The position numbers and the translations under genes were made by a program. Positions 27,825 through 37,680 of a stretch of 39,762 nucleotides of DNA are shown here, piece by piece. The stretch covers positions 1-39,762 of the forward strand of contig JAPHSZ010000022.1 of assembly GCA_026196545.1 (NCBI GenBank). The letters run 5' to 3'. This stretch comes from Gammaproteobacteria bacterium. GTDB lineage: Bacteria; Pseudomonadota; Gammaproteobacteria; SZUA-229. Below the pieces are notes generated by a model that was not told the origin of the DNA, did no database searches, and worked only from the letters and a program-made list of their open reading frames with translations. The first letter of the stretch is position 1; every line of letters starts with the position of its first letter.

Positions 27825-29754
27825 CCTGCGCCTCCGGTTTTTTTGCTTCGAAGAATTTTTCCACATCGCTTATTTGCGTTGTTGTCGGCATCGGTGGCAG
27901 GCCATTTTTAAATACCCTGCCATAGGCCTTGGTGCTTAATCGGGGGTCACCAATAACCACCACACCGTGGTCATTCACATCGCGGATCAAACGCCCTACA
28001 CCCTGATTCAACGCAATCACCGCCCGAGGTATCTGGTATTCCATAAATGGCTGGCCGCCATTATTTTTGATTGCATCAATACGCGCCTGCATCACCGGGT
28101 CGCCGGGTGAGGCAAACGGCAGCTTGTCGATAACCACACAGGACAGGGCACGGCCGCGTACATCGACACCTTCCCAGAAACTGGAAGTGCCGAGCAGGAT
28201 GGCATCACCCTTTTTTCGAAAACGTGCAAGCAGCTGATGCTTGGGCAAATCGCCCTGAATTAAAATTGGGTAATCGAGTTTGTCCTGCAAAAAATCTTTT
28301 GCCTCATTCATCGCCCGATAACTGGTGAACAATAAAAAGGCACCGCCGTGGCAAGCCATCAAAACGGGCAGCACTTTTTCGAGCAATTTATGCGTATAGG
28401 AATAATCAGAAGGCTCCGGCAGATCTTCCGGTAAATACAGCAAACTCTGCTGAGGATAATCAAACGGACTCAACCAGCTGCCACTTTCAAAGGCTTCCAG
28501 CCCCAGTGCGTCAGAAAAATGGTTAAACTTTTTATTGACCTGTAGAGTTGCCGAAGTAAAAATCCAGGCGGCGGAAAAATTATTAGTGTATTTTCTAAAC
28601 AGGCTGGATACTTCAATCGGTGTTGAATGCAGCATAAAACTTTTGCTATAGGTTTCATACCAGAGAATAGCATTGGCCGCATCAGCAAGTTCATTATCAT
28701 TTTTAAACAGCTCGGCACGCTGACTCAGTATCAAACAGCGTTGATAACACTGGTCGAGGGCACGGCTACGCTCTGAAGCCAGTTCTAGTATGGCTGACAG
28801 ATCTGACAGTGCTGTAATTAATGCAGCCAGGCAGTTCACCAGCGCCGGTTTATATTTAATCGCCGCCCAGGCCTGCTTCACACCGGAATCGCCCAATGCA
28901 ATACGAACATCCTGCGTGGCCTTTTCCAGCTGATCGGCGCACTCGCGTATCTCGGTCATGTCTGGAGCATCATTTACCTGCTCGGCGATTGAATCCCTGG
29001 CCAGTAAAATTAATTGCCGACTCGACAAAGTATCACCAAAATAGCGTGAAGCGGTTTCATGCAACTGGTGCGCTTCATCAATGACAAAAGCGTCCGCACC
29101 CGGCAGCAGTTCTGCAAAACCTTCTTCTTTTAGCGTCATATCCGCGAGTAAAAGATGGTGGTTGATCACCAGCAGTTCGGCCTCCTGGGCTTTTTTTCGC
29201 GCCTTGACAATAAAGCAGTCGTTCCAGTGATCGCATTCAGTGCCGATGCAGTTATCGGCTGTCGATGTCACCATCGGCCAGACGTAGGCATCTTCCTGTA
29301 TTGAACTCAGCTCGGAAATATCACCGGCGACGGTGGTGCCCGCCCATCGGCCAATTTCTGTCAACTGGCTTTGGGTAATTTTGTTCATAAAACCAAGATG
29401 CGGAGCAATTTGCAAACGGTGCAGGCAAAGATAATTTGCGCGGCCTTTGAGCAGGGCTGTTTTAATTGGTACATCCAGTGCTTTTAATACTCTTGGAATA
29501 TCCGTACGGAACAGCTGATCCTGAAGGTGTTTGGTGCCAGTAGAAATGATTACTTTCTTGCCGGAATTTATTGCCGGCACCAGATAGGCAAAGGTTTTGC
29601 CAATGCCGGTGCCCGCTTCGGCAACCAGTACGGTATTATTCTGGATAGCGGCTTCAATCGCATCACTCAGTGCGAGCTGGCTTTGCCTTACTTTATAACC
29701 CTCAACGTGAGAACTAAAAACTCCTTGCTCACCAAGAAATTCAGAGGCTTTCAT
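27799..29754 (-). CDS. yoaA: DinG/YoaA-family Fe-S ATP-dependent DNA helicase
   Basis: EAGTGIGKT, KGRANYLC, Cys cluster C-x4-C-x5-C, DEAH, SATL, SFWEGVD, QGVGRLIR; directly precedes tsaB as in E. coli. Confidence 0.92.
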   Translation of the reverse strand: MKASEFLGEQGVFSSHVEGYKVRQSQLALSDAIEAAIQNNTVLVAEAGTGIGKTFAYLVPAINSGKKVIISTGTKHLQDQLFRTDIPRVLKALDVPIKTALLKGRANYLCLHRLQIAPHLGFMNKITQSQLTEIGRWAGTTVAGDISELSSIQEDAYVWPMVTSTADNCIGTECDHWNDCFIVKARKKAQEAELLVINHHLLLADMTLKEEGFAELLPGADAFVIDEAHQLHETASRYFGDTLSSRQLILLARDSIAEQVNDAPDMTEIRECADQLEKATQDVRIALGDSGVKQAWAAIKYKPALVNCLAALITALSDLSAILELASERSRALDQCYQRCLILSQRAELFKNDNELADAANAILWYETYSKSFMLHSTPIEVSSLFRKYTNNFSAAWIFTSATLQVNKKFNHFSDALGLEAFESGSWLSPFDYPQQSLLYLPEDLPEPSDYSYTHKLLEKVLPVLMACHGGAFLLFTSYRAMNEAKDFLQDKLDYPILIQGDLPKHQLLARFRKKGDAILLGTSSFWEGVDVRGRALSCVVIDKLPFASPGDPVMQARIDAIKNNGGQPFMEYQIPRAVIALNQGVGRLIRDVNDHGVVVIGDPRLSTKAYGRVFKNGLPPMPTTTQISDVEKFFEAKKPEAQDECETAGA

Positions 29755-30242
29755 TAATCATTACCCAGCTTTTTAAGCATCTTCCTGGCCCGCTGCACAA
29801 TACCGGCATCATTGAGCAACTCACCGGCTTTTTGAATAAAACGCCAGTTCAAAATCCTGAGATTGGTGTTGTCGCGTGAATAACTGTTGCTGCGCTGCGC
29901 CAGCTGGTGTGAACGCTTTGCATCCCCCCTCTCCAGCGCCATCCACGCAAGACGGCTCCAGGCCTGGGCAAATTTGGGCTCAATACGCACCAGTCGCTCC
30001 AGCTTATCACCTGCCTGTTCAAAATTAGCTTCAGCCATCAGGTCATCTGCCTGTTTCAGCAGCAAACCCACCGCATGATTTGAAGAGACCATGCGTTTTT
30101 CACTGGCCGACAGGCGCCAGGCCGACAATTCTTCTGTTTCCCGTACCAATCTGGAATCAGGCTGCTTTTCTTCAATGATCGAGCACGAGGCCAGTAACAG
30201 AACAACTGGAAAGAGAAAATAGAATTGAACCCTGGTCAACAT
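29754..30242 (-). CDS. TPR lipoprotein, LpoP-like PBP1B activator
   Basis: Lipobox LLLASC and two TPRs (AGDKLERLVRIEP...AWSRLA...LAQRSNS). It overlaps the mrcB stop, the position lpoP occupies in Pseudomonas. Confidence 0.75.
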   Translation of the reverse strand: MLTRVQFYFLFPVVLLLASCSIIEEKQPDSRLVRETEELSAWRLSASEKRMVSSNHAVGLLLKQADDLMAEANFEQAGDKLERLVRIEPKFAQAWSRLAWMALERGDAKRSHQLAQRSNSYSRDNTNLRILNWRFIQKAGELLNDAGIVQRARKMLKKLGND

Positions 30243-32557
30243 TAATCACCAAATAATCGTCGGAACCAGCCGAATGTAGAACCTTCTGTGCACTCGGCTT
30301 CTTCTTTAGGCTCAGAGCCCTCAATAAAAGGCAATTCTATCGCATTTTCACAGTCCTGCCCCGAAAGAAGCCCTGATTTTGCATCAACCCACTGCATCGT
30401 AATATTATCCGGCATCAAAAGCTCGAAGGATTTTGATGAAATCGAACTCATCAAGTTTGACCATACCTTCAGGGCACCGGATGCACCCGTTAATCCAGTA
30501 CTGCGGTTATCATCATACCCCACCCATACCACAGCAACCGCATCCCCGGAGAAACCTGCAAACCAGCTGTCTCTCAGTTCATCAGAGGTGCCGGTCTTGC
30601 CTGCAACTTTGATATCAAGATCACTGGCCAGCCGCTTAGCTGTACCCTGTTTAGCGATACCGAGCATACTGTGGTTGATCAGTGCCACCACATCAGGATT
30701 AACTTCACGTTTGACATCAACAGAATATCGCTTCAGGGGGTGACCATCTTTATCGAGTACGGCAATCACGCTTCTCAATGGGCTATGAAAACCACTGGCG
30801 GCAAAGGTCTGGTAAATTGATGCGACATCAAAAGGTGACATGTTCACCGCACCCAGAGTCATTGATGGGTATGGCGGCAGGCGCTTATTAATACCCAGCT
30901 GGTCAATTGACTTGCTAATCTCAGCAAGCCCGACATCAAGACCTATCCTTGCAGCAGGAATATTATAGGACTTGAGCAGCGCTTCGTATAACAAAACCTT
31001 GCCGTGGTACTTATGATCATAATTCTCAGGTTCCCACATTTTCTTATCGTCACCCATCACTCGCAAACGAGTATCATCAACGATGCTTGCCAGTGTATAT
31101 TTATTGCTTTGCTTGAGTGCCGATAAATAAATTGCCGGCTTGATCAGCGAACCAATATGACGCTGTATATCCAACGCCCTATTAAAGCCCGGATAGTCCG
31201 GCTGCCGATCACCCACCATCGCCAGTACTTCGCCATTATTCGGTGAGATAACGATTGCCGCTGTTTGCAATTCATTGCTGGTGGATAACCGAGGCATCAC
31301 AGACAAAATAGATTTTTCTGTTTGATGCTGAACGTATGGATCAAAGCTGGTAAATATACGCAGACCTTCAGACTTGAGGTCTTTGGAATTATAGGTTTCT
31401 TTCAGCTGCCGTTTAACAAGATCAAGATAAGCTGGATAACGATCACGTTTAACATGTCTTGTTATTTTGATGGCTTTATTTTTTGAATTGACAAGCTGCT
31501 CATTGCTGATCAACTGATTATCAAAAATAACTGTGAGCACCAGATCCCTTCTTTCCCTGGCACGATCTGGATTCCTCACAGGGTTATAATAAGAAGCGCC
31601 CTTGACCATGCCCACCAGCAACGACATCTCGTCGAGTGACAACTGATGTAACGGTTTGGCAAAATAATACAAACTGGCCAGGCCAAAGCCATGTATCGCA
31701 CGCTCCTGATCCTGGCCTAAATAAATTTCATTTAAATATGTTTCCAGGATTTTCTGTTTGCTGTAGTGCAACTCCAGCAACATGGCCATCAGAGCCTCAT
31801 TGGCTTTGCGCCAAAGGTTTTGCCTGGGTGTTAAGAATAAGTTTTTAACCAGTTGCTGGGTAATCGTACTACCGCCCTGCACAGTTCGGCCCGCTTTAAT
31901 ATTTGCAACAAATGCCCTGGCTATAGACCTGATATCCACACCTGGATGATCATAAAACCGGTGATCTTCAACCAAAATGAGCATGGCAATTAATTTTTCT
32001 GGCACATCTTCAAGACGAACCAGTTCCCTGTCTTCACCATGTGCAGGAAAGATACCGGTCAAATACGCAGGATCCAGCCTGACCAATGCGAGTGATTCGC
32101 CATCAGACAAATTACTGAGGGAAGTTACCTTATTATCCGAGATCCTGACACGAATCATCTGACCTGGCTCAGCTCCATCCCAGTATTCAAAGCCACGAGT
32201 TGAAATATCAAAATAATCGCCAGAAACTCGAAACTGTCCTGGTTCCAGTGACGAATTTTTTTCATTTGAATAATTTAAGGTATCGAGCTCAAGCATCAGC
32301 TGAGACGCAGTTAAAGTCATTCCCTGATAAATTTCTAACGGCCGTGCATAAACCCGAGCTGGCAATTGCCAGATTCTGCCTTCAAATTTACTAATTATTT
32401 TTACATCCAGATAGACAAGATAAACCACACTGACGATTAGCAGTAGCGGAATAAGCTTTAAATACTTTCGCCTGGATTTAGTATGAGACCGTTTGTGACG
32501 CTTATGGCCTGTAGCAGGCTTACGACTGCCTGATCTGGTCTTTTTCTTTTTCGACAT
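30242..32557 (-). CDS. mrcB: Penicillin-binding protein 1B
   Basis: Basic N-terminus and TM, UB2H-like segment, transglycosylase EDHRF and GGSTITQQLVKN, transpeptidase SLIK, SYN and KTG. Confidence 0.95.
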   Translation of the reverse strand: MSKKKKTRSGSRKPATGHKRHKRSHTKSRRKYLKLIPLLLIVSVVYLVYLDVKIISKFEGRIWQLPARVYARPLEIYQGMTLTASQLMLELDTLNYSNEKNSSLEPGQFRVSGDYFDISTRGFEYWDGAEPGQMIRVRISDNKVTSLSNLSDGESLALVRLDPAYLTGIFPAHGEDRELVRLEDVPEKLIAMLILVEDHRFYDHPGVDIRSIARAFVANIKAGRTVQGGSTITQQLVKNLFLTPRQNLWRKANEALMAMLLELHYSKQKILETYLNEIYLGQDQERAIHGFGLASLYYFAKPLHQLSLDEMSLLVGMVKGASYYNPVRNPDRARERRDLVLTVIFDNQLISNEQLVNSKNKAIKITRHVKRDRYPAYLDLVKRQLKETYNSKDLKSEGLRIFTSFDPYVQHQTEKSILSVMPRLSTSNELQTAAIVISPNNGEVLAMVGDRQPDYPGFNRALDIQRHIGSLIKPAIYLSALKQSNKYTLASIVDDTRLRVMGDDKKMWEPENYDHKYHGKVLLYEALLKSYNIPAARIGLDVGLAEISKSIDQLGINKRLPPYPSMTLGAVNMSPFDVASIYQTFAASGFHSPLRSVIAVLDKDGHPLKRYSVDVKREVNPDVVALINHSMLGIAKQGTAKRLASDLDIKVAGKTGTSDELRDSWFAGFSGDAVAVVWVGYDDNRSTGLTGASGALKVWSNLMSSISSKSFELLMPDNITMQWVDAKSGLLSGQDCENAIELPFIEGSEPKEEAECTEGSTFGWFRRLFGD

Positions 32558-32628
32558 GAAAAAAGGTCATATAAGACTGATTAAGGTAACCAGATTATAC
32601 AACCTTTACTTAATAACCACCCGATAAT

Positions 32629-33558
32629 TTAACGGCAGGTAGAAAGGAAACGAGCTGACTTGCCCTTACACGGATCAGATTCAAATTTCGTTTCCTTCGC
32701 TTTCTTTTTCATTTCCTCAGCCTGCTTTTTAAGCAACGCCTGCTTTCTTCGTTTTTCTTCTTCCTTTGCTTTTGCCTCTGCCTGCTGCTGTTTCTTAGCT
32801 TCAAGCTCAGCCTGTTTAGCCGCATCTGCTTCCTGCTGTTTTGTCTTTTGCTGCTCCAGCTCTTTCTCTTTATTTAGCGCCTGCTTCTTTTCGAGCACCT
32901 GCTTTTTCTTTTCAGCTTCAGCCTTTGCCCTGGCTTCTGCTTTCTGCTTTTGTTCTTCTAGTAATTTTTCCTGCTGCTTTTCTTTTGCCTTACGTTGCTC
33001 ATCAGCTTTACGGCTTTTGGCGAGCGATTTTTGCTTCATCTCTCTGACTACTACGGCCTCTCTTTCAGCCTCAAGTGAACCGACAAATGTTGCCTTATTT
33101 AACCAGTCCAGTGACTTATCATAGTTCTTTTTAACACCAACTCCATAGGCATACATTTTACCAAGGTAATACATTGCCTGAGGATTGCCATCATTTGCCT
33201 TAGCTCTTAAGGCAGCAAATTTTTTCTTACTCTCACCTTTTAAACCATTCTTCTTGATATCCCAGTATAATAATTTAAAACCGGCTGTTTCATGTCCCTG
33301 GGCTGCTGCTTTTTTAATCCAGATTTCAGCCTGCTTCTGGTCTTTTTTTACACCAAAGCCTGTTTCGTACATTTCACCAACTTTAAATTCAGCCTCAGCA
33401 TTCCCCTTTTTTGCCAGCTTCATCTGAAAATCAAACAAACCATCTGCATAAGCAGACAATGAACACAGCATAAAAATACAGGACAGTACAAATAAACCTG
33501 CATTTTTAACCCGGTTTATTTGTCGCTTCGAACTATTTTTATAATGAGCTAATAACAT
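32629..33558 (-). CDS. Exported Sel1-repeat protein with a K/E/Q/A-rich coiled-coil tail
   Basis: Hydrophobic signal ending AYA; Sel1 repeats (AEAEFKVGEMYETGFGVKKD, QAMYYLGKMYAYGVGVKKN); low-complexity helix; C-terminus FESDPCKGKSARFLSTCR. Start is the ATG at 33558 or the GTG at 33564. Confidence 0.85.
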   Translation of the reverse strand: MLLAHYKNSSKRQINRVKNAGLFVLSCIFMLCSLSAYADGLFDFQMKLAKKGNAEAEFKVGEMYETGFGVKKDQKQAEIWIKKAAAQGHETAGFKLLYWDIKKNGLKGESKKKFAALRAKANDGNPQAMYYLGKMYAYGVGVKKNYDKSLDWLNKATFVGSLEAEREAVVVREMKQKSLAKSRKADEQRKAKEKQQEKLLEEQKQKAEARAKAEAEKKKQVLEKKQALNKEKELEQQKTKQQEADAAKQAELEAKKQQQAEAKAKEEEKRRKQALLKKQAEEMKKKAKETKFESDPCKGKSARFLSTCR

Positions 33559-33612
33559 AAGCACCTAATCCGAACAGGAATGACTAATTTTTTACACATT
33601 TATTTAGCATCT

Positions 33613-33647
33613 TATATCATGCGTCCCTGCTTATGATATAGATTATA
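33613..33647 (-). promoter_or_regulatory. TATAAT box plus GGA-loop hairpin (candidate CsrA/RsmA site) upstream of the Sel1 gene
   Basis: Minus strand TATAAT (33647-33642), then TATATCAT-AA-GC-AGGGAC-GC-ATGATATA: an 8-bp perfect stem with CAGGGACG at the apex. Confidence 0.45.
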
Positions 33648-33655
33648 ACTAACTT

Positions 33656-34915
33656 CTAGAATATAACATCCAGTGCAATGCTGGTTACGCCAACTTTTTC
33701 CATTGGTGGCATATTGGTAAAGCTGGTATCAAATAAACCAAAGTTCATACCGAAATTATCAGTTAGTTCACTAGGGTCCTGCTCAACATCCACAACACTG
33801 TGCTCAATCTTGAGTGCCGCACTATCATTAATCTCATAACGCAGACCATAGGTTACTGATGTCTGTATCGCTACCGGGAAATTCATCAAACTATTACCAG
33901 TACCACCACATATAAGTGGATTAGGGGTAGCGCAAGTTACAGCCCAGTCTCCAGAAGCATCTGTTTCCATTGAAGCCTTGCCATCAATTGACGCGAAAGT
34001 AATATGCGGCAGCCATTTGCCAAAGCGGTAACCCAACGTAGTGTACCAGGCGTCCTGATCACCAAAAGGCCGAGAAAGCGTTTCATTAGTCAAACGTTTC
34101 TGCCATTCTGCATACATCACAACATTTGCCATATCCAGATTAAAACCCGCTGAATTAACTTCACACTTACCTTCCCCGGTTAAATCAACATTGACTGATG
34201 CTATTGGAAATGGTGGTGGTGCTAATTGTGCCTGAGATGAAAAACCACCTTGTAGCTTCACATCACAACTAAAGCTACTGGCATGAGCAGTGTATCCTTT
34301 GCCTGAATATTTAATATCAATACCACGAATTCTCTCAGCCTCGAAAAATGCAGCACCACCGGTATTAGGAATATCTTCCCTGTTTGAACCAAAATAAGGC
34401 TGGAATGAAAGCACACCAGGTCCTACTGGGAATTGCAGTAGGAATTCAATACCATTTACAGTATTAAGCGGATTATTTAAATAATACACTTCAACAGGAG
34501 GACGGATCCAGGGATAAGCATAACCCACCTCTACATAGTCATTTACCAGATAAACCGGTTGCTTAATTTTACCCGCATGGATACTCAACCAGTCATTGGC
34601 TTCATAATCCACATAAGCCCACTCGACAATGGCATCAAAATTTCCGTTAACACCTGTCCCCAGAATCTGAGAGACTACAGACATATTTTCTGCTATGTCT
34701 GACGATATCTGCAAACCAAAACGGGTATCTGTCTCAAAACTGGCATCTTCGATCACACCACGATCACCCAGACTACCAATATAACGATTTTTATTTTCAT
34801 CATCGTGCCATGAAGCGCCCGCAGTCAAAAAACCATCAAACTGGATTGCTGAGACCGATGAAGCAGCCATTGTTGTTGCCATTGCACCGGCAAGAACAGT
34901 TATCTTTTTAAACAT
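33656..34915 (-). CDS. Putative outer-membrane porin / beta-barrel protein
   Basis: Signal peptide ending VSA, amphipathic beta strands (TRFGLQI, VEWAYVDY, GYAYPWIRPP.EVY, GLRYEI), C-terminal Phe (ALDVIF). Confidence 0.82.
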   Translation of the reverse strand: MFKKITVLAGAMATTMAASSVSAIQFDGFLTAGASWHDDENKNRYIGSLGDRGVIEDASFETDTRFGLQISSDIAENMSVVSQILGTGVNGNFDAIVEWAYVDYEANDWLSIHAGKIKQPVYLVNDYVEVGYAYPWIRPPVEVYYLNNPLNTVNGIEFLLQFPVGPGVLSFQPYFGSNREDIPNTGGAAFFEAERIRGIDIKYSGKGYTAHASSFSCDVKLQGGFSSQAQLAPPPFPIASVNVDLTGEGKCEVNSAGFNLDMANVVMYAEWQKRLTNETLSRPFGDQDAWYTTLGYRFGKWLPHITFASIDGKASMETDASGDWAVTCATPNPLICGGTGNSLMNFPVAIQTSVTYGLRYEINDSAALKIEHSVVDVEQDPSELTDNFGMNFGLFDTSFTNMPPMEKVGVTSIALDVIF

Positions 34916-35049
34916 TTGCTTATCCTCTATTTTTGTTCATTGTTTATAAAATAGACCAAAAACCATCTTTGGCAAGCAATTAAACTCGATTGTTTAAATT
35001 CAACAAATGAAATTGATATAATTTGCTGATTAATAAAGATTTACCACCA

Positions 35050-36474
35050 TCATCGATCACGCTTATTTTTACGTTTTTTATCTTTGCGCTTGATAAATTG
35101 CACCATTCTGCGGCGCTTGAATTGCTGGCGCTGGCTCAATAGATTTTTTCTGCCCTGAAAAGGATTTGAACCACTCTTAAACTCAACTTTTACCGGTGTG
35201 CCGACAATTTTCAGTGATTTTATAAAAAAACTCGATAAATAACGCTTATAAGAGGCTGGCAATAAGTCAGTTTGATTGCCATGAATGACCACACGTGGCG
35301 GATTCATGCCGCCCTGATGGGCATAACGCAGCTTGATTCTTCGACCACTCACCAATGGTGGGGGATGTGCTGCTACGGCTTTTTCTAACAACCGAGTTAG
35401 TTCCGGCGTTGAGACTTTTCGGATGGCCGATGCATAGGCGCGTCCTATTGCATCGTAGAGCAGACCCACATTGGAACCGTGCAACGCAGAAATAAAAAAC
35501 ATTTCAGCAAACTCGGTAAAACCCAGCTGCTTTTCTATGTCCATTTTAATTTTGTCTTTCTGGTGCTCATCCAGACCATCCCACTTATTAAACACCATCA
35601 CCAGAGCACGGCCTGCTTCCAGCACATAACCCAGTAAATGCAGATCCTGGTCCGCGACTTCTCTTTGCGCATCGATCATCATTACAACAACATTACTTTC
35701 GTCAATAGCCTGCATGGATTTAATAACACTGAACTTTTCAATCGCTTCTTTCACTGAACGGCGACGGCGCACACCTGCTGTATCGATCAGGGTATAACGC
35801 TGGCCTTCTCGTTCAAAAGGAATAAAAATACTATCACGTGTCGTACCCGGCATATCAAATACAACCACACGCTCTTCACCTAGCACACGGTTAACCAGCG
35901 TTGATTTGCCCACGTTAGGCCGACCTACAAAAGCAACTTTAATGCCCTGCTCAGATTCGTGCGGCAGTTCTTCATCTTCACCTGTTTCAAAGTCACTCAG
36001 GGCACTATTCAACAAATCATTAATGCCGCGATTATGCGCTGCCGCAATAACCAGAGGCTCACCAAACCCCAGTGCATAAAATTCACTACTGACAGTGCGC
36101 GCATCCAGGCCATCACTTTTATTGACAACCAGGGTCACCCGCTTGCCGGTTCGACGCAATTGATTTGCAATCACTTCATCTGCTGAAGTCAGGCCATCAC
36201 GCGCATCAACCAGAAATAAAATCGCATTGGATTCTTCAATCGCCAGCAGGGTTTGTTTGGCCATATGTTCATCAAGCTCTTCACTTTCACCACTCAGACC
36301 ACCGGTATCAATAACAACAAACTCTCTGGAATCGTATGAACCATGGCCATACTTCCGATCTCGAGTGAGACCGGGGAAATCCGCCACCAGTGCATCACGA
36401 CTTTTGGTTAGCACATTAAACAGTGTAGATTTGCCTACATTGGGACGCCCCACTAATGACAGAATAGGATTCAT
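35050..36474 (-). CDS. der: Ribosome biogenesis GTPase Der (EngA)
   Basis: Two G-domains (GRPNVGKST twice, DTGG/DTAG, NKSD/NKWD) and a KH-like C-terminus. Confidence 0.98.
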   Translation of the reverse strand: MNPILSLVGRPNVGKSTLFNVLTKSRDALVADFPGLTRDRKYGHGSYDSREFVVIDTGGLSGESEELDEHMAKQTLLAIEESNAILFLVDARDGLTSADEVIANQLRRTGKRVTLVVNKSDGLDARTVSSEFYALGFGEPLVIAAAHNRGINDLLNSALSDFETGEDEELPHESEQGIKVAFVGRPNVGKSTLVNRVLGEERVVVFDMPGTTRDSIFIPFEREGQRYTLIDTAGVRRRRSVKEAIEKFSVIKSMQAIDESNVVVMMIDAQREVADQDLHLLGYVLEAGRALVMVFNKWDGLDEHQKDKIKMDIEKQLGFTEFAEMFFISALHGSNVGLLYDAIGRAYASAIRKVSTPELTRLLEKAVAAHPPPLVSGRRIKLRYAHQGGMNPPRVVIHGNQTDLLPASYKRYLSSFFIKSLKIVGTPVKVEFKSGSNPFQGRKNLLSQRQQFKRRRMVQFIKRKDKKRKNKRDR

Positions 36475-36492
36475 AATGAAAAGCAGGCCGTT

Positions 36493-37680
36493 TTATTCGG
36501 CTTGCACCAGATCATCAATGGTATAGCAATACAACATGCCATCACGGGTAGTAACAATTATTGATTCACCCGCGACAACGGGGGCAACAAGAACACCATT
36601 TTCATTGATAAATTCATCCTCATAACCGCCTATTGAAGTTCGGGCAACAAAACGCCCATCAAATTTGGACATCACATGCAAATAACCATCAACATCACCC
36701 ACTACAAGATAATCGCCAACCACAACTGGTCGCGTTACTTTTCGAGCCTGCAGTTTCTCCTGCTTCCATAAAGTCGCACCAGTTTGGCGATCCAGCGACC
36801 AAACATGACTACGCTCATCACTGCTATATATGGCCTTGTTAGTCACCGTCACACCACTATATGTGGAGAAGTTTCGCGCCCATAGAAACTGGCCTTGCTG
36901 CACATCAATTGCAGCAAGGCGGCCCTGATAACCAGCAATATATAAAATAGAACCAGATAATTCAGCGCGGCCATCTACATCAACCAGTCTTTGTATTTCT
37001 GAATGACCCTGTGGTGAAGAAAGTGTTACATCCCAGATTACTTCACCATTATTCAGAGACAGCGCAACAAGACGGCCACTGGCCATGCCCGCATAAATTC
37101 GATCATGATCAACTATTAATAAACCACTGCCACGTAAAGTTAGAGCAGGTTTAGTTTGCTGATAGCTCCATCGTGTTTTTCCAGTAGCTCGATCAAGACT
37201 AAGGATTTGCCCATCTACCGTGCGGATTAAAATTGAATTTTTAGCTACCACAGGACGAGACAAAGCTTCACTCGGCACCTCAACTCGCCACTTGATTGAG
37301 CTGGTCACCACATCAATCGCAATTAGCTCACCATCTCTTGTCGTGACAAACCAGAGATCATCATCACCACCAACACCACCACTCAAAGTAACATCAAGAT
37401 TGATGTCTTTAATATGTTGCCCTTCATTGACATCTATAACCGAAACAACGCCATCCCGGCCAGCTGTGATTATTTTATCTTTTAACAACAACGGCTCAAT
37501 GAATAAAAACTGCTGATCAATGGCACTGTGGGTACGCAGAGACCATTGTTCATTTAATTTTTTCGTTTCTTCAAATTCAGTCAGCAGTGCGGGTGGTTCT
37601 GAATTATCATCACTACCACCACAGCCAACCACTAGCACAGAAATAAAAAACGCCAGAACATATTTATAAATTCTTATCAT
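36493..37680 (-). CDS. bamB: Outer membrane protein assembly lipoprotein BamB
   Basis: Lipobox VVGC, PQQ-like propeller repeats, LTLRG and RLVDVD; lies between yfgM and der. Confidence 0.95.
   Translation of the reverse strand: MIRIYKYVLAFFISVLVVGCGGSDDNSEPPALLTEFEETKKLNEQWSLRTHSAIDQQFLFIEPLLLKDKIITAGRDGVVSVIDVNEGQHIKDINLDVTLSGGVGGDDDLWFVTTRDGELIAIDVVTSSIKWRVEVPSEALSRPVVAKNSILIRTVDGQILSLDRATGKTRWSYQQTKPALTLRGSGLLIVDHDRIYAGMASGRLVALSLNNGEVIWDVTLSSPQGHSEIQRLVDVDGRAELSGSILYIAGYQGRLAAIDVQQGQFLWARNFSTYSGVTVTNKAIYSSDERSHVWSLDRQTGATLWKQEKLQARKVTRPVVVGDYLVVGDVDGYLHVMSKFDGRFVARTSIGGYEDEFINENGVLVAPVVAGESIIVTTRDGMLYCYTIDDLVQAE

Noticed and set aside
32588-32600. AACCAGATTA shared with the gyrA upstream region (~16325-16334)
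   Set aside because: It is a 10-nt match next to -10-like boxes with only two instances; probably coincidental.
34990-35003. FNR-like box TTGTTTAAATTCAA upstream of the porin
   Set aside because: An 8/10 match in very AT-rich DNA is plausible by chance, and there is no supporting promoter geometry.
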